Source: Dehalococcoidia bacterium (GTDB lineage: Bacteria > Chloroflexota > Dehalococcoidia > Plut-88900). From it: a stretch of DNA of 64,000 nt. This document shows, piece by piece, positions 18,855 through 28,979 of the stretch. A program made the position numbers and the translations under genes. Positions within the stretch are counted from its first letter, which is position 1. Each line of letters starts with the position of its first letter. The stretch lies in NCBI GenBank assembly GCA_965207225.1, contig CBDBLV010000005.1, positions 1,696,001 through 1,760,000 on the forward strand. The letters run 5' to 3'. Under the pieces are notes generated by a model. It searched no databases and was not told where the DNA came from. It worked only from the letters and a program-made list of their open reading frames with translations.

Positions 18855-19910
18855 TTATCGGAACTGGGGCATGATGCTGTTGGAAATCTCCTTCATATTG
18901 CTCTTCTGGTCGATGATGGCGTACTGGACGCAGGAGACGCCGTTCAAGCCCAGTTCGTGCAGGTCGTAGATCTTCTCGTCGATATCCTCCACCCGACCCG
19001 TCAGGTTCATGGAGTCGATGACCCTCTGGGTTGCCAGGTGCTTGTGCTCGGCGTGGAGAGACTCGTGCTCGTAGGGGTTGAAACCCTCGTAGATCTTCCT
19101 GTATTCGTCCACCAGGCCCGGGTTTTTCTTCTCCAGCCTCGCATAAAGGTCGTGGGCCATGGGGGTGTCGCGGGTGAAGACTACTCGGTAGAGCTCGCTG
19201 GCGCAGGATGCGGCGTAGGAAGCGACCTCGTGCCTGGCCTCTTCCTTGGAGCCCGTCACATAGACTTCGGTCCGGGCCCATGTCTTGATCTTGGACGGGT
19301 CCCGACCCGCCCGCTCAGCGCCGGTCTGTATCTGCTCCAGGTTCCACCTGATAATCTCCGGTTCCCCGGCCCCGAACATGAGGATTTCGTCGGCGACTTC
19401 ACCGGCGAGCTGCATGGCCCTCGGGCCCAGGGGGCCCATGATGACGGGTATGGACTGGCCGTTGAAAGGCGTGTTCCTTATCCACTCCGAGTGCCATGTC
19501 TCGCCCCACAGCTCAGCATCGCCACCGGATGTGTAGTCCTTGAGGAAGTTGACCGTTTCCCGCTGCATCTTCAGGCTGACGGAGCGCCCGATAGCCTTGC
19601 CGGCTTGCTTACTCCCCGCCCCCAGGCCAATGAAAGCTCTCCCTCCGGTGAGTTCCCGGATGCTGGCCGTGAAGTTGGCTATAACTGCCGGGTGGTACAT
19701 GAAGGGGTCGCAGACGCCCTGCCCGATGTGAATGCGTCGGGTGTTCATGGCGGCGATGGTCATCATCCCGAAGCATTCCCTGGACACGTTGCTCTGGTCC
19801 ACGAAGGTAAGGTGGCTGTATCCCGCTTCATCAGCGACCCTTGAGTGCTCTGCGATCTCGTCGAACCTCAGCTCCGCCCCCAGCCCGACCCCGAATTCCA
19901 TTCTAGCCAT
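18855..19910 (-). CDS. LLM-class oxidoreductase (tandem copy B)
   Basis: Same length as copy A (351 aa from ATG 19910); about 87% identical by manual count. Confidence 0.92.
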   Translation of the reverse strand: MARMEFGVGLGAELRFDEIAEHSRVADEAGYSHLTFVDQSNVSRECFGMMTIAAMNTRRIHIGQGVCDPFMYHPAVIANFTASIRELTGGRAFIGLGAGSKQAGKAIGRSVSLKMQRETVNFLKDYTSGGDAELWGETWHSEWIRNTPFNGQSIPVIMGPLGPRAMQLAGEVADEILMFGAGEPEIIRWNLEQIQTGAERAGRDPSKIKTWARTEVYVTGSKEEARHEVASYAASCASELYRVVFTRDTPMAHDLYARLEKKNPGLVDEYRKIYEGFNPYEHESLHAEHKHLATQRVIDSMNLTGRVEDIDEKIYDLHELGLNGVSCVQYAIIDQKSNMKEISNSIMPQFR

Positions 19911-19993
19911 GTCAATCCTCCTACCCTGCTGCACTTACGGGAACCTGGTTCACCGAAAAATATCTTTACGCCGCCTGCATGTCAAACCCGTCC

Positions 19994-20350
19994 TTATTTG
20001 CCCATGGGAACAAACAGGGACAGCCGGGCCTCGGGGCCTACCTCCCGGGTGTAGTGCCCTTCCCCCGTAAGGTCCTCGGCAATCAGCACGTCCCCCGGCC
20101 CAATCACACGTTTGTCTCCGTCACCGACCTCTATCTCCACCGAACCCGTGACGGTGAAGACGGCGACTTTGCCGGGAGCATGGTGCCAGGGGTTGGATCG
20201 CTCGGGGTCGAAGCGCTGGACGACTATGCCGCCGTGGATGATGGCACGGGCGTCCTGGGGCCAGGCGTCGGGCAGGGGCTCCAGGTTGGGCTCAATGTCC
20301 TCGAAGTGGGACCGGCCGTCTTCTCCCGTGTATAAGCGAACGATAGCCAT
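19994..20350 (-). CDS. Cupin domain protein
   Basis: LYTGEDGRSHF, WHHAP, GPGDVLIAEDLTGEGH. Confidence 0.88.
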   Translation of the reverse strand: MAIVRLYTGEDGRSHFEDIEPNLEPLPDAWPQDARAIIHGGIVVQRFDPERSNPWHHAPGKVAVFTVTGSVEIEVGDGDKRVIGPGDVLIAEDLTGEGHYTREVGPEARLSLFVPMGK

Positions 20351-20419
20351 GATTGCCTCCTGGTGTGTGCGGAAAGAGCAGAATCCAGATACTTCCCGGC
20401 CGTAGTATCATACCCCCTC

Positions 20420-20773
20420 GTGCGCTACATCTTCAGCTTCGACATAGACGGCACACTGGAAGTCGGGGACCCGCCTGGGCCCGTCACCCTGGACCTCGTG
20501 AGACGGGTCAAGGGGCTGGGGCATGTCATAGGCAGTTGCTCAGACCGCACACTATCGGAGCAGGCCAACATGTGGGAACGCAACGGGATCGAGGCGGACT
20601 TCACGTCGCTAAAGTACCAGTTGCCGGATATCCTGAAACGCTTTCCCTGCGAGCGGGCCATCCACGTCGGCGACTCCCACGTCGACAAGATGTACGCTGA
20701 GAAGGCGGGGTTTACCTACCTACCCCCCGATCCTGAGGCAGTTATCGCTCTATTGGACTCGGCGGCCTGCTAA
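20420..20773 (+). CDS. Small HAD-family hydrolase
   Basis: FDIDGT motif I, K, HVGDS motif IV; GTG start inferred. Confidence 0.8.
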   Translation: MRYIFSFDIDGTLEVGDPPGPVTLDLVRRVKGLGHVIGSCSDRTLSEQANMWERNGIEADFTSLKYQLPDILKRFPCERAIHVGDSHVDKMYAEKAGFTYLPPDPEAVIALLDSAAC

Positions 20774-20839
20774 GACTGCCTCCCTTTGGACCTTCCCCCT
20801 TGAAGGCGCCTTTCGACCCGACTCGAAGATATTCGGTGC

Positions 20840-21844
20840 CTACCACGCAAACGCCTTCTTCGGATTCTCGATTGTGACCTGCCGGATGGTCTCCTCCGAG
20901 ACGCCTGCCTCCCGGAGCAAGGGCAGGAAGGTGCGCTGGATGTGGCCGTAGTCTGGGGCGTGGTCTTCTTCAGCCACGGGCCCCGACTCCGCAGGTCTGC
21001 CTACCTCTTTCACGTACAGGTCGTGGGACAGCAATATCCGGTCCTGGTAGCCGAGACCCAGGAGACCCGCCACCATTGCCGCATTTGTCCTGTCCGAGAC
21101 CACCGTCTGGATGCCTATGGTGTCGAAAGCCACGTAGCAGCCGCGCTCCAGGACTTGAAGCACGTGGCCGACATTCGTGGTCTGGGAAACGTGGCCGATA
21201 ATGCACTTCTCGGGATCTGCGCCGGCGGCAATCAGGGTATCGATGTGGGCGAGGCCGACGTTTCCAAAGGGCCAGTCATGGGAGTCGGTGTGGGTGCCGA
21301 TAGGTGTGCCAAGTTTGGCCTGAACGTGGGCCGCCGCCTCCAGGACCCGACGGTCGCGTTCGGAAAGCAGCTGGTCCAGGGGGGCGTCGGGGGCGGCGGG
21401 GTGCTCGTGGGGCTGGAGTCGGGTCCCGACCTTTATGATTCCGCACCTGACCCCTTCATCTACCGCCCCTTCCACAATCTCCCGGGTGAAAAAGTCTTCT
21501 ATTGCCTCGAGGCTCTGGGCCTCCCAGTAGGCGGGATATCCCCAGGCCCCGAATATGCCCGTGCATGCAACGATGTCCCACCCCGAGGCCCGGGACAGCT
21601 CCACCATCAGGCCCATGTCTCGGCCAAGATCATAGGGCGCCCAGTCGACGAGGCCGGATATGCCGAACTCCTCACCTATTGCCTTGAACTGGGCCGCCCC
21701 CTCCTCAACCGCCGTCTTCCGGTCGAAGACGGCCGCTGGGTCGGACGGAGCCCCGAGAAGGTGGAAGAAGGTGTGCTCATGGGGGAGGATGTGCCCCATT
21801 TCGGCAGGATCTCTGTCGCCTAGGACTGTCCTGATCTTCGCCAT
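20840..21844 (-). CDS. Phosphotriesterase-family protein (copy A)
   Basis: IRTVLG, LPHEH, GIIK, THT, IGH, LLSHD. Confidence 0.92.
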   Translation of the reverse strand: MAKIRTVLGDRDPAEMGHILPHEHTFFHLLGAPSDPAAVFDRKTAVEEGAAQFKAIGEEFGISGLVDWAPYDLGRDMGLMVELSRASGWDIVACTGIFGAWGYPAYWEAQSLEAIEDFFTREIVEGAVDEGVRCGIIKVGTRLQPHEHPAAPDAPLDQLLSERDRRVLEAAAHVQAKLGTPIGTHTDSHDWPFGNVGLAHIDTLIAAGADPEKCIIGHVSQTTNVGHVLQVLERGCYVAFDTIGIQTVVSDRTNAAMVAGLLGLGYQDRILLSHDLYVKEVGRPAESGPVAEEDHAPDYGHIQRTFLPLLREAGVSEETIRQVTIENPKKAFAW

Positions 21845-21891
21845 TGCTACGCTCCGTTTATCATTGGGTCCTCGCCTTCCGTCCCTGGAGC

Positions 21892-22896
21892 TTACCAGGC
21901 AAGAACTCTCTTGGGATTCTCGACGGTAATCTGCCGTATGGCCTCCTCCGACACCCCACCCTCTCTCAACCACTGCACGAAAACCCGTTGTATGTATCCG
22001 TAGTCGGGGGCGAAGCGGATCCCGACGGTCGGGCCTGACTCCGGCTCTCTCCCGATCTCCTTCACGTGTAGATCGTGAGAAAGCAATATCTGCTTTTCGT
22101 ACCCCAGCCCGATCAGACCTATGACCATGGCCGCCTTGGCCCGGTCGGTCACCACTACCTCGATGCCGATGGTATCGAAAGCAACGTAGCAGCCTTGCTC
22201 AAGAACCTCGATGATGTAGCCGAGGTTGGAAGTGTGGGAGGCATGGCCGATGATGCAGCGCTGCGCGTCTGCGCCCGACGTGATCAACGTCTCTATCTGC
22301 TCCAGGCCCACGTTTCCCAGCCGCCAGTCCCGACGGTCGGTGTGGGTAGTGATGGGCACGCCGAGTTTTGCCTGGACCCGGGCGGCGGCCTGAAGAACGC
22401 GCCTGTCTTGAACGGAGAGAAGCTGGTCTCGGGAGGAGATGTGGCCCGAGGGCTTTTCGTGGGGACGGAGCCGGGTGGCTATCTTGATGATGCCGCACTT
22501 CACTCTCTCGTCAACTGCTCCCTCCTCGATCTCCCGGGTGAAGAACTCCTCTATGGCCGCATCGCTCTGCCCTTCCCAGTACGCAGGATAGCCCCACGCC
22601 CCGAATATACCCGTCGAGGCGACAATGTCCCACCCCGAGGCCCGGGACAGCCCCAGCAGCAGCCCCATGTCCCGGCCAAGATCGTAAGGAGCGCAGTCCA
22701 CCAAGCCGGATATGCCCTGTTCGGCGGTAACAGCCTTCAGCATGGCAGCGCCTTCTTCAATAGCCTGCTCGCGGTCGAATACTGAGGCGTGGTCAGACTC
22801 GGCGGCGATGAGCCGGACATAGGTGTGCTCGTGCGGAAGGATGTGGCCCACGTCGGCGGGGTCCTTGTCGCCGAGCACAGTCCTTATCTTGGGCAT
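21892..22896 (-). CDS. Phosphotriesterase-family protein (copy B)
   Basis: Same motifs; tandem paralog of copy A. Confidence 0.92.
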   Translation of the reverse strand: MPKIRTVLGDKDPADVGHILPHEHTYVRLIAAESDHASVFDREQAIEEGAAMLKAVTAEQGISGLVDCAPYDLGRDMGLLLGLSRASGWDIVASTGIFGAWGYPAYWEGQSDAAIEEFFTREIEEGAVDERVKCGIIKIATRLRPHEKPSGHISSRDQLLSVQDRRVLQAAARVQAKLGVPITTHTDRRDWRLGNVGLEQIETLITSGADAQRCIIGHASHTSNLGYIIEVLEQGCYVAFDTIGIEVVVTDRAKAAMVIGLIGLGYEKQILLSHDLHVKEIGREPESGPTVGIRFAPDYGYIQRVFVQWLREGGVSEEAIRQITVENPKRVLAW

Positions 22897-23017
22897 TCGT
22901 GTTCTCCGGGATTTTGCGATGTCCTCCAGGCCGATTATATCCCACGTCCCCATGCCTACTTTTCCCGATTGCACAATCCCTTTACACTAGCGATATTCGA
23001 ACTCTCGGGGGTGCGTC

Positions 23018-24025
23018 ATGCCGGAAACGGGAATAGTCGAAAGGTTGAAGTCGGGGAAGCCGGTTCTCATGGACGGGGGCACGGGCTCCGAGATACAGCG
23101 CAGGGGCGTGAATGTGCTGGTCAGCGCCTCCGCCGAGTCCGAGCTCCTCGCCTGGTCCGCCACTGCCAATGTCGAATACGCCGACGTCGTCCAGCAGGTG
23201 CACCAGGACTACCTGAGGGTCGGGGCGGAGATAATCATCAGCAATAATTTCTGGACGACCCGCAGCCGGCTCTCGCTGATAGGCCAGCAGGACCAGTGGG
23301 AGCGGCTGGCAACCGCAGCCGGCGAAAATGCTATCCGCGCCCGGGACGCCATCAACCCCGACGCCTACGTCTTCGGCGGGATTGCAGCGCCCTACACCCA
23401 GGACTACCGTAAGCCTTACACGCAGTCGGACGTGAAGACCCTGGGCGCGGAGCGTTACGCCGAGGAATTCACGGGGCCCGGCGGGGTGCTGGCCAACCTG
23501 GGCGTCGACGCCCTTCTCGCCGAGTATGTTGGCTACATCGAGGACTGCGTGGCCGCGGTGGATGCACTGGCGACCATCGGGCTTCCCGTATTTCTCGGAG
23601 TCCGGCACATCACCGAATACGGCTGGATGCAGTACGGCGAAACGCTGGCCGACCTGGCCAAGGCGCTAAAGGGTCACCCGGTGGAGGGAATCATGCTGAT
23701 GTGCAGCCGCCCCGAGTGCATTTCGGTAGGGCTGTTGGCCCTGAACCAGAGCTTCGACGGGGTGACCGGGGCCTATGCGAATGTCGGGTACAACCCAATG
23801 GCACCGGTCAGCGGGCGGGTGCACAAGGGAGGGGACCTGCTGTCGGGTTACAGCCCCCTGAGGCTGGCGGACTTCGGCCAGGACTGGCTGGACATGGGCT
23901 CCCAGATAATCGGCGGGTGCTGCGCCACGGGCCCCGAGCACATCATCGCCTTGAACAACGTGATGAACCCCGTACCACACATAGTCGAAGACCACGCCGG
24001 CTACCATGTGATTCCGGCCGGCTGA
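23018..24025 (+). CDS. Homocysteine S-methyltransferase family protein
   Basis: LMDGGTGSE, HQDYLRVGA, MCS, YAN, IIGGCC Zn ligands. Confidence 0.9.
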   Translation: MPETGIVERLKSGKPVLMDGGTGSEIQRRGVNVLVSASAESELLAWSATANVEYADVVQQVHQDYLRVGAEIIISNNFWTTRSRLSLIGQQDQWERLATAAGENAIRARDAINPDAYVFGGIAAPYTQDYRKPYTQSDVKTLGAERYAEEFTGPGGVLANLGVDALLAEYVGYIEDCVAAVDALATIGLPVFLGVRHITEYGWMQYGETLADLAKALKGHPVEGIMLMCSRPECISVGLLALNQSFDGVTGAYANVGYNPMAPVSGRVHKGGDLLSGYSPLRLADFGQDWLDMGSQIIGGCCATGPEHIIALNNVMNPVPHIVEDHAGYHVIPAG

Positions 24026-24028
24026 GGC

Positions 24029-24418
24029 ATGCAAAGCGCCTCACTCTTCCCCAACCCCCAGGCCACCGCTCCCGACGGCTCAGCCATCCGGTTCCTCTTG
24101 AAGCTCAGCCGGGGCGAAGTGAACCACTTCACGCTTCCTCCGGGCCGGACTTCGACCGCGGTCGTCCACCGTACAATCGAAGAAATCTGGTATGTGCTGG
24201 AGGGGCGGGGGGAGGTGTGGCGTCAGGAGGGTGTGGACGAGGAAGTGCTGGACCTGTCACCAGGTGTCAGCTTCGACATCCCGCTCGGCACAAGGTTCCA
24301 GTTCCGGAACACGGGCGAAGGGCCCCTTTCGGTGCTGATTGCGACGATGCCGCCTTGGCCCGGGGACGATGAGGCTGTTCCGGTGGAAGGGCCGTGGACT
24401 CCGATGACTGTAGCCTGA
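24029..24418 (+). CDS. Cupin domain protein
   Basis: APDGS, HRTIEEIWYVLEGRG, FQFRNTG, MPPWPG. Confidence 0.88.
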   Translation: MQSASLFPNPQATAPDGSAIRFLLKLSRGEVNHFTLPPGRTSTAVVHRTIEEIWYVLEGRGEVWRQEGVDEEVLDLSPGVSFDIPLGTRFQFRNTGEGPLSVLIATMPPWPGDDEAVPVEGPWTPMTVA

Positions 24419-24427
24419 ATCCATCGA

Positions 24428-25569
24428 TCAATCCACCGGCACCCGCCACCTCTCGATCACGTCCTGGTCCAAATCAATCCCGAAACCCGACCCTTCCGGT
24501 AGGAACATGTAGCCGTCCCGGATTTCGGGCTGCTTGATGGGTAGGTCGTACCAGAGGGGGTCCCGGTCGGGGTTGGGGAAGATTTCGACGGCGATGCCGT
24601 GGGGTACGGAGGCTAGGAGGTGCAATGCTATTTGAGGTTCCTCGTGGTGGGCCATGCGGATGCCAAAGGCCCGGGCCATCCCGGCTATGCGACGCCATTC
24701 CGTCACCCCGCCGGCTATGGTCACGTCCACGTTCAGGATGTCCACCGCACCCCGGGCCACGAGGTCTCGGCACCCGTGCCTCGATATCTCGCCCTGCCCC
24801 GCGTTCACCGGAATCCCCTCCCAACGCACCCGGGCGTTTCCTTCGATCTGGTCATGCCACTGGACCGGCTCTTCGAGCCACGCAAGATCCAGATCCCTCG
24901 CGCCTCGAGCGAATCTCACCGCCTCATCCACGGTCCGGCCTGGTTGGCATCGACACTCAATAGAAAGTCGTCTCCGCCGATTTTGCGGGCGAGCCGGGTG
25001 CGTTCCAGGTCTTCCTCTATGGAGAGCTTGCCGACCTTCAGCTTGAGCCCCAGCACCCCCATGCTCTTGTAGGACTCTATTTCGTCGATGAGGCTCTGCA
25101 TCGGGTCTCCGTCCCGGATGTAGCCGCCTATGGCGATGACTCGGACGCGATCTCGGTACCCGCCCAACAGCTTGTACACGGGCTGGCCGAGGGCCTTGCC
25201 CAAGGCGTCCCAGAGGGCGTTGTCCAATGCCGCAATGGCCTGGGTCACGATTGCATGCTTGCCCATGTTGATTACATGCAGGCCGCGCCATGCCAGGTCC
25301 ACGGGCGCATTCCACATCTGTTCCCAGTGCCGTTCAACGTCCCGCACGTCCTCCCCGACCAGCATTGGGGCAAAGGTCTCGTTGACTATCCGGCAGATCT
25401 TGATGTCGTTCTCATCTTCATCGCCGCCATAGGTCAACCCCACCACCCCACCCTCCAGCTCCACCCGCGTCACAATAGTGTTCCGGCTGTCGATGTAGTA
25501 GGTGCCCCCGTGGAAAGGCTGTGCCAGCTTCCTTACCAGCGGGATTGCCTCTATGTGCTTGATCTTCAT
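24428..25569 (-). pseudogene. Mandelate racemase/MLE-family gene with 1-bp frameshift near 24936
   Basis: N-terminal half ends SVDANQA, C-terminal half resumes TVDEA...WLEEP in another frame; GCC-GG-ACC where GCC-TGG-ACC (DANQAWT) is expected. Confidence 0.85.
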
Positions 25570-25686
25570 ATCTGCCTTTTTCCTTGGCCACTGACCCAAC
25601 TACGCGTCGTACGGGCCCCGCGTTAAATCCAGATATACGCAAAGTTTCCTGCAAACCACCCTTCCCCCATCTCCTAAATTCTTGAT

Positions 25687-26607
25687 CTACGGAGCTTCGC
25701 AGAAGGGCAGTTTTAGACGGTAAGTGTATCTATCCGTAATGGACCGCCATGTGTGCGGTTTACATCCCGTCAGTTGGTTGCTGTACAGAGACAACGATTC
25801 CAGCTTGTCCAGATCACCTAGTTCAGGAGGAATGTCTCCGGTAAACCCTCCGCTGAGCTCTAGCACTTCTAACCTTCTCAGATTGCCCAGTTCACTAGGT
25901 ATCTCTCCTGTCAAATCATCGCCACGCAGCGTCAACTCCTTCAACCTTCTCAGATTGCCCAGTTCAGGAGGTACCTCTCCGGTAAGCTCAGGTGCGAGAT
26001 ACAGCACTTCCAGCCTTCTCAGATTGCCCAGTTCAGGGGGTATTTCTCCGTATGCTCTGTTTAGCTTTAGCACTTTCAAACTGCTCAGATTGCCGAGCTC
26101 AGGGGGTATCCCTCCCTTAAACCATCCATGTAGGTCCAACACTTCCAGCTTGCTCAAATTGCCCAGCTCAGGGGGTATCTCTCCCTCGAACACATCTCCA
26201 AACCCGGGTGCGCCAATATCCAGCAGGGTGATGCGCCCCTCGCCATCGGTTTTCATCCCTCCGCTCCAGTTCTCATGGCCAGTAAACAGGTCGATATTTT
26301 CGAGGAACGTTCCCCATCTATCGAGAAGCGTGTCTTCCTCTTGAGTAAATGACTTCCATTGCTGGATAGTTGGGTCGGTCTCCCATTGATGGCGAGGTGC
26401 GATAAAATATATGTCAAAAAGGACCTCCTCAGCGATTTTCCCATTAGTTGAGTGGAAAAACGCAACCATAGCGGCCTTGTCGCCTTCAGCGCTGCCCCCG
26501 TCCCCCGAGCAGCCCTGCGTCCATTGGACTCCACCTACCACAACCAAAAGCAGCAAGAGCGCGCGGGTCATCCTTCGTCGCACGAACCTTTTGAAAACGG
26601 CTCTCAT
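25687..26607 (-). CDS. Eukaryote-like (plant-type) leucine-rich repeat protein, probable lipoprotein
   Basis: Six GxIPxELGxL repeats; basic plus hydrophobic N-terminus followed by QGC; ATGA overlap with upstream gene. Confidence 0.88.
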   Translation of the reverse strand: MRAVFKRFVRRRMTRALLLLLVVVGGVQWTQGCSGDGGSAEGDKAAMVAFFHSTNGKIAEEVLFDIYFIAPRHQWETDPTIQQWKSFTQEEDTLLDRWGTFLENIDLFTGHENWSGGMKTDGEGRITLLDIGAPGFGDVFEGEIPPELGNLSKLEVLDLHGWFKGGIPPELGNLSSLKVLKLNRAYGEIPPELGNLRRLEVLYLAPELTGEVPPELGNLRRLKELTLRGDDLTGEIPSELGNLRRLEVLELSGGFTGDIPPELGDLDKLESLSLYSNQLTGCKPHTWRSITDRYTYRLKLPFCEAP

Positions 26608-27632
26608 CCACCCAACTCCCCCCTCACCACCCGGGCCCCGTCCACCAGCGCCTTCAGCTTGAGATACGAAATCCACCTGGGCAACTGGAAGAACCCGCAG
26701 TCGGGGTTGAGGTGTAGCTTGTCGGCTGGGACGTGCTGCAGTACCGCTCGTATCCTCTCCGCCACGTCCTCCGCCGACTCCAGGTAGAAGGACTTGATAT
26801 CCACCACCCCCGCCCCGAGCTCTTTTCCTCCATCGAACTTCTTCCAGATGTTGGCCTCGCTCATTTCTCGGTTGGCAAATTCGAGGACTAGCTGGTCGGC
26901 GTTGACGTTGTTCAGGGCAGGGAACATCCAGCCATAGGACCGTTTGCCTCGGGGCCGACTCATAAGGTTGCCGAAGCAGATATGGAGGGCGTGCTTCGCC
27001 TCCACCCCCTCAATGCAGGCGTTGTAGAGCCTAACCCACTCGTCCACCTCTCCGGGAATGACGGCATACGAAGGCTCATCCAGCTGGATGTATTGGGCCC
27101 CTTCCGACACCAGGGCCTTCAACTCCGCGTTTATCACCTCGGCCAGCTGCCAGCAGATCTCCAGCTGGTTCTTATACGCAGTCCCTGGCCTGATGTGTAT
27201 GGTCATTGTCAGGGGCCCGGGGCACGTGACCTTGATTGGCTTCCTGGTATTGGCCTTTGTGAACTTGAACTCTTCCACAATCCCCAGCCCCGAGGGCAAC
27301 GTGAGTTTCTCGACGGCGCGGTATCGGGGAGGGGTGTCGTAGCCGTAGAGACCTGTCTTGCGAAGGGGAGGTTCCACGACTAGCCCCGTCATCCGTTTGG
27401 GAAAGCTCTGCACGAAGTACCACCGCCTCATCTCCCCATCCGACACCACATCTACGCCCGCCCGTTCCTGGTCCAGTATGGCCATTCGACAGGCATCGTC
27501 GTAAAGCTCTTTGGTGTCGGTTTCGCCATATTCGCCCTGGTCTATCTTCTCCAGGGCCGTGAGCATCCAGCCGGGATATGCGTAGCTGCCGATCACGCTG
27601 GTCGGAAGAATTGGCAGAGAATCGCTGTTCAT
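26604..27632 (-). CDS. Cobalamin-independent methionine synthase II-like (single MetE barrel)
   Basis: TSVIGSY, SDGEMRR, IQLDEP, HICFGN, LEFA, NPDCG. Confidence 0.9.
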   Translation of the reverse strand: MNSDSLPILPTSVIGSYAYPGWMLTALEKIDQGEYGETDTKELYDDACRMAILDQERAGVDVVSDGEMRRWYFVQSFPKRMTGLVVEPPLRKTGLYGYDTPPRYRAVEKLTLPSGLGIVEEFKFTKANTRKPIKVTCPGPLTMTIHIRPGTAYKNQLEICWQLAEVINAELKALVSEGAQYIQLDEPSYAVIPGEVDEWVRLYNACIEGVEAKHALHICFGNLMSRPRGKRSYGWMFPALNNVNADQLVLEFANREMSEANIWKKFDGGKELGAGVVDIKSFYLESAEDVAERIRAVLQHVPADKLHLNPDCGFFQLPRWISYLKLKALVDGARVVRGELGG

Positions 27633-27780
27633 GTCTTTAGCCGCCTTCATTGTGCGATTTTCGTCCAGGTGGGCCTGTTTAGCACAATGATACCCCGGAC
27701 ACGTACACCGCAATCAACATGCGCTATAATCATTGCGGCCAATTCATAGGAACCTCCATATACACGCGACGGAAGAGCTC

Positions 27781-28944
27781 ATGCCAAACGATACCTTGTT
27801 CCCAGTTTCGGTAGTCGGGAGTTGGGCCCGACCCCCGTGGGTCGTACAGGCCCTTCGCAAGAAGCAGAACGGTGAAATCTCCGAAGAGCAGTTCGCCGAA
27901 ATCGCCGACCAGGCGGTCCTTCTCGCCATCAAGTACCAGGAAGACGCAGGAGTAGACGTTATCTCGGACGGCGAGATGCGCCGGGACAATTTCTACTCCT
28001 TTGCCGTGGACAAGCTCAACGGCATGAAGCTGATGAAGGTGTCGGACCTCATGGACTACATGAAGGACAGGGCATCCTTCGAAGAAATCCTGAGGGCCCT
28101 GGACGTGCCCGCCTTCGCCATCAAGAGTCCCATCGCCATCGACAGGTTGTCGGCGCGCAAGTCTCTCGCCCTTGACGAGGCCGACTTCCTTATGGACCAC
28201 ACCGATAGGGAGACAAAGGTCCCCCTCCCGGGGCCCTACCTGCTAACCAAATCGGCCTGGTTCGAAGGGCTTTCGGACACCGCCTACCCGGACCAGGAAG
28301 AGCTTTCCCGTGATGTGATACAGATACTGCGAGAAGAAGTACTGACGCTGAAGGAGCGAGGAGTCGACTTCATCCAGTTCGACGAGCCAACCCTCTCCCA
28401 GGTTGTTTACGGCGACGAAAGCGCCGAGACCTTCATGTGCGCCGCCATGGCTACCCGCAAGGACCCCAGGGACGAGCTTGAGTCGGCCGTCCGCATGATG
28501 AACGAGACCGTCGAAGGGATTGACGGGGTGCGCTTCGGGGTCCACGTGTGTCGGGGGAACTGGAGCCGCAAGGAAGATGTGCTTCTCAAGGGCAACTACG
28601 GCCCCTTGCTCCCCTACCTGATGGCCATGAACATCCACCAGCTTGTCCTGGAGTACGCCACCCCCAGGGCCGGCGAGATGGAGGTGTTCAAAGAGTACAA
28701 GAACGAGAAGGAGATAGGGCTGGGGGTCGCGAACCCAAGGACCGACGAAATCGAAAGCCCCGACCAGATCGTGGGTCGCGTCCACGAGGCCCTGGACTAC
28801 TTCGCACCCGAGCAGATCTACCTGAACCCCGACTGCGGTTTCGGCACCTTCGCCGAGCGCAACGTGAACACCGACCCCATTGCCTACCAGAAGCTACAAT
28901 CGATAACCGCGGCCGCAGAGAAGCTCAGGGTGGAGTTCGGTTAG
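27781..28944 (+). CDS. Cobalamin-independent methionine synthase II-like (single MetE barrel)
   Basis: SVVGSW, SDGEMRR, IQFDEP, HVCRGN, LEYA, NPDCGF. Confidence 0.9.
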   Translation: MPNDTLFPVSVVGSWARPPWVVQALRKKQNGEISEEQFAEIADQAVLLAIKYQEDAGVDVISDGEMRRDNFYSFAVDKLNGMKLMKVSDLMDYMKDRASFEEILRALDVPAFAIKSPIAIDRLSARKSLALDEADFLMDHTDRETKVPLPGPYLLTKSAWFEGLSDTAYPDQEELSRDVIQILREEVLTLKERGVDFIQFDEPTLSQVVYGDESAETFMCAAMATRKDPRDELESAVRMMNETVEGIDGVRFGVHVCRGNWSRKEDVLLKGNYGPLLPYLMAMNIHQLVLEYATPRAGEMEVFKEYKNEKEIGLGVANPRTDEIESPDQIVGRVHEALDYFAPEQIYLNPDCGFGTFAERNVNTDPIAYQKLQSITAAAEKLRVEFG

Positions 28945-28979
28945 GAGCAGACCGAAGTCATCCGTGGAGGAATAGAACA

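Noticed and set aside
24925-24945. Programmed ribosomal frameshift
   Set aside because: No slippery heptamer or homopolymer at the shift
28548-28979. N-terminal extension of the 317-aa ORF
   Set aside because: Out-of-frame overlap with the MetE-like gene; OsmC starts at 28980 with its own RBS
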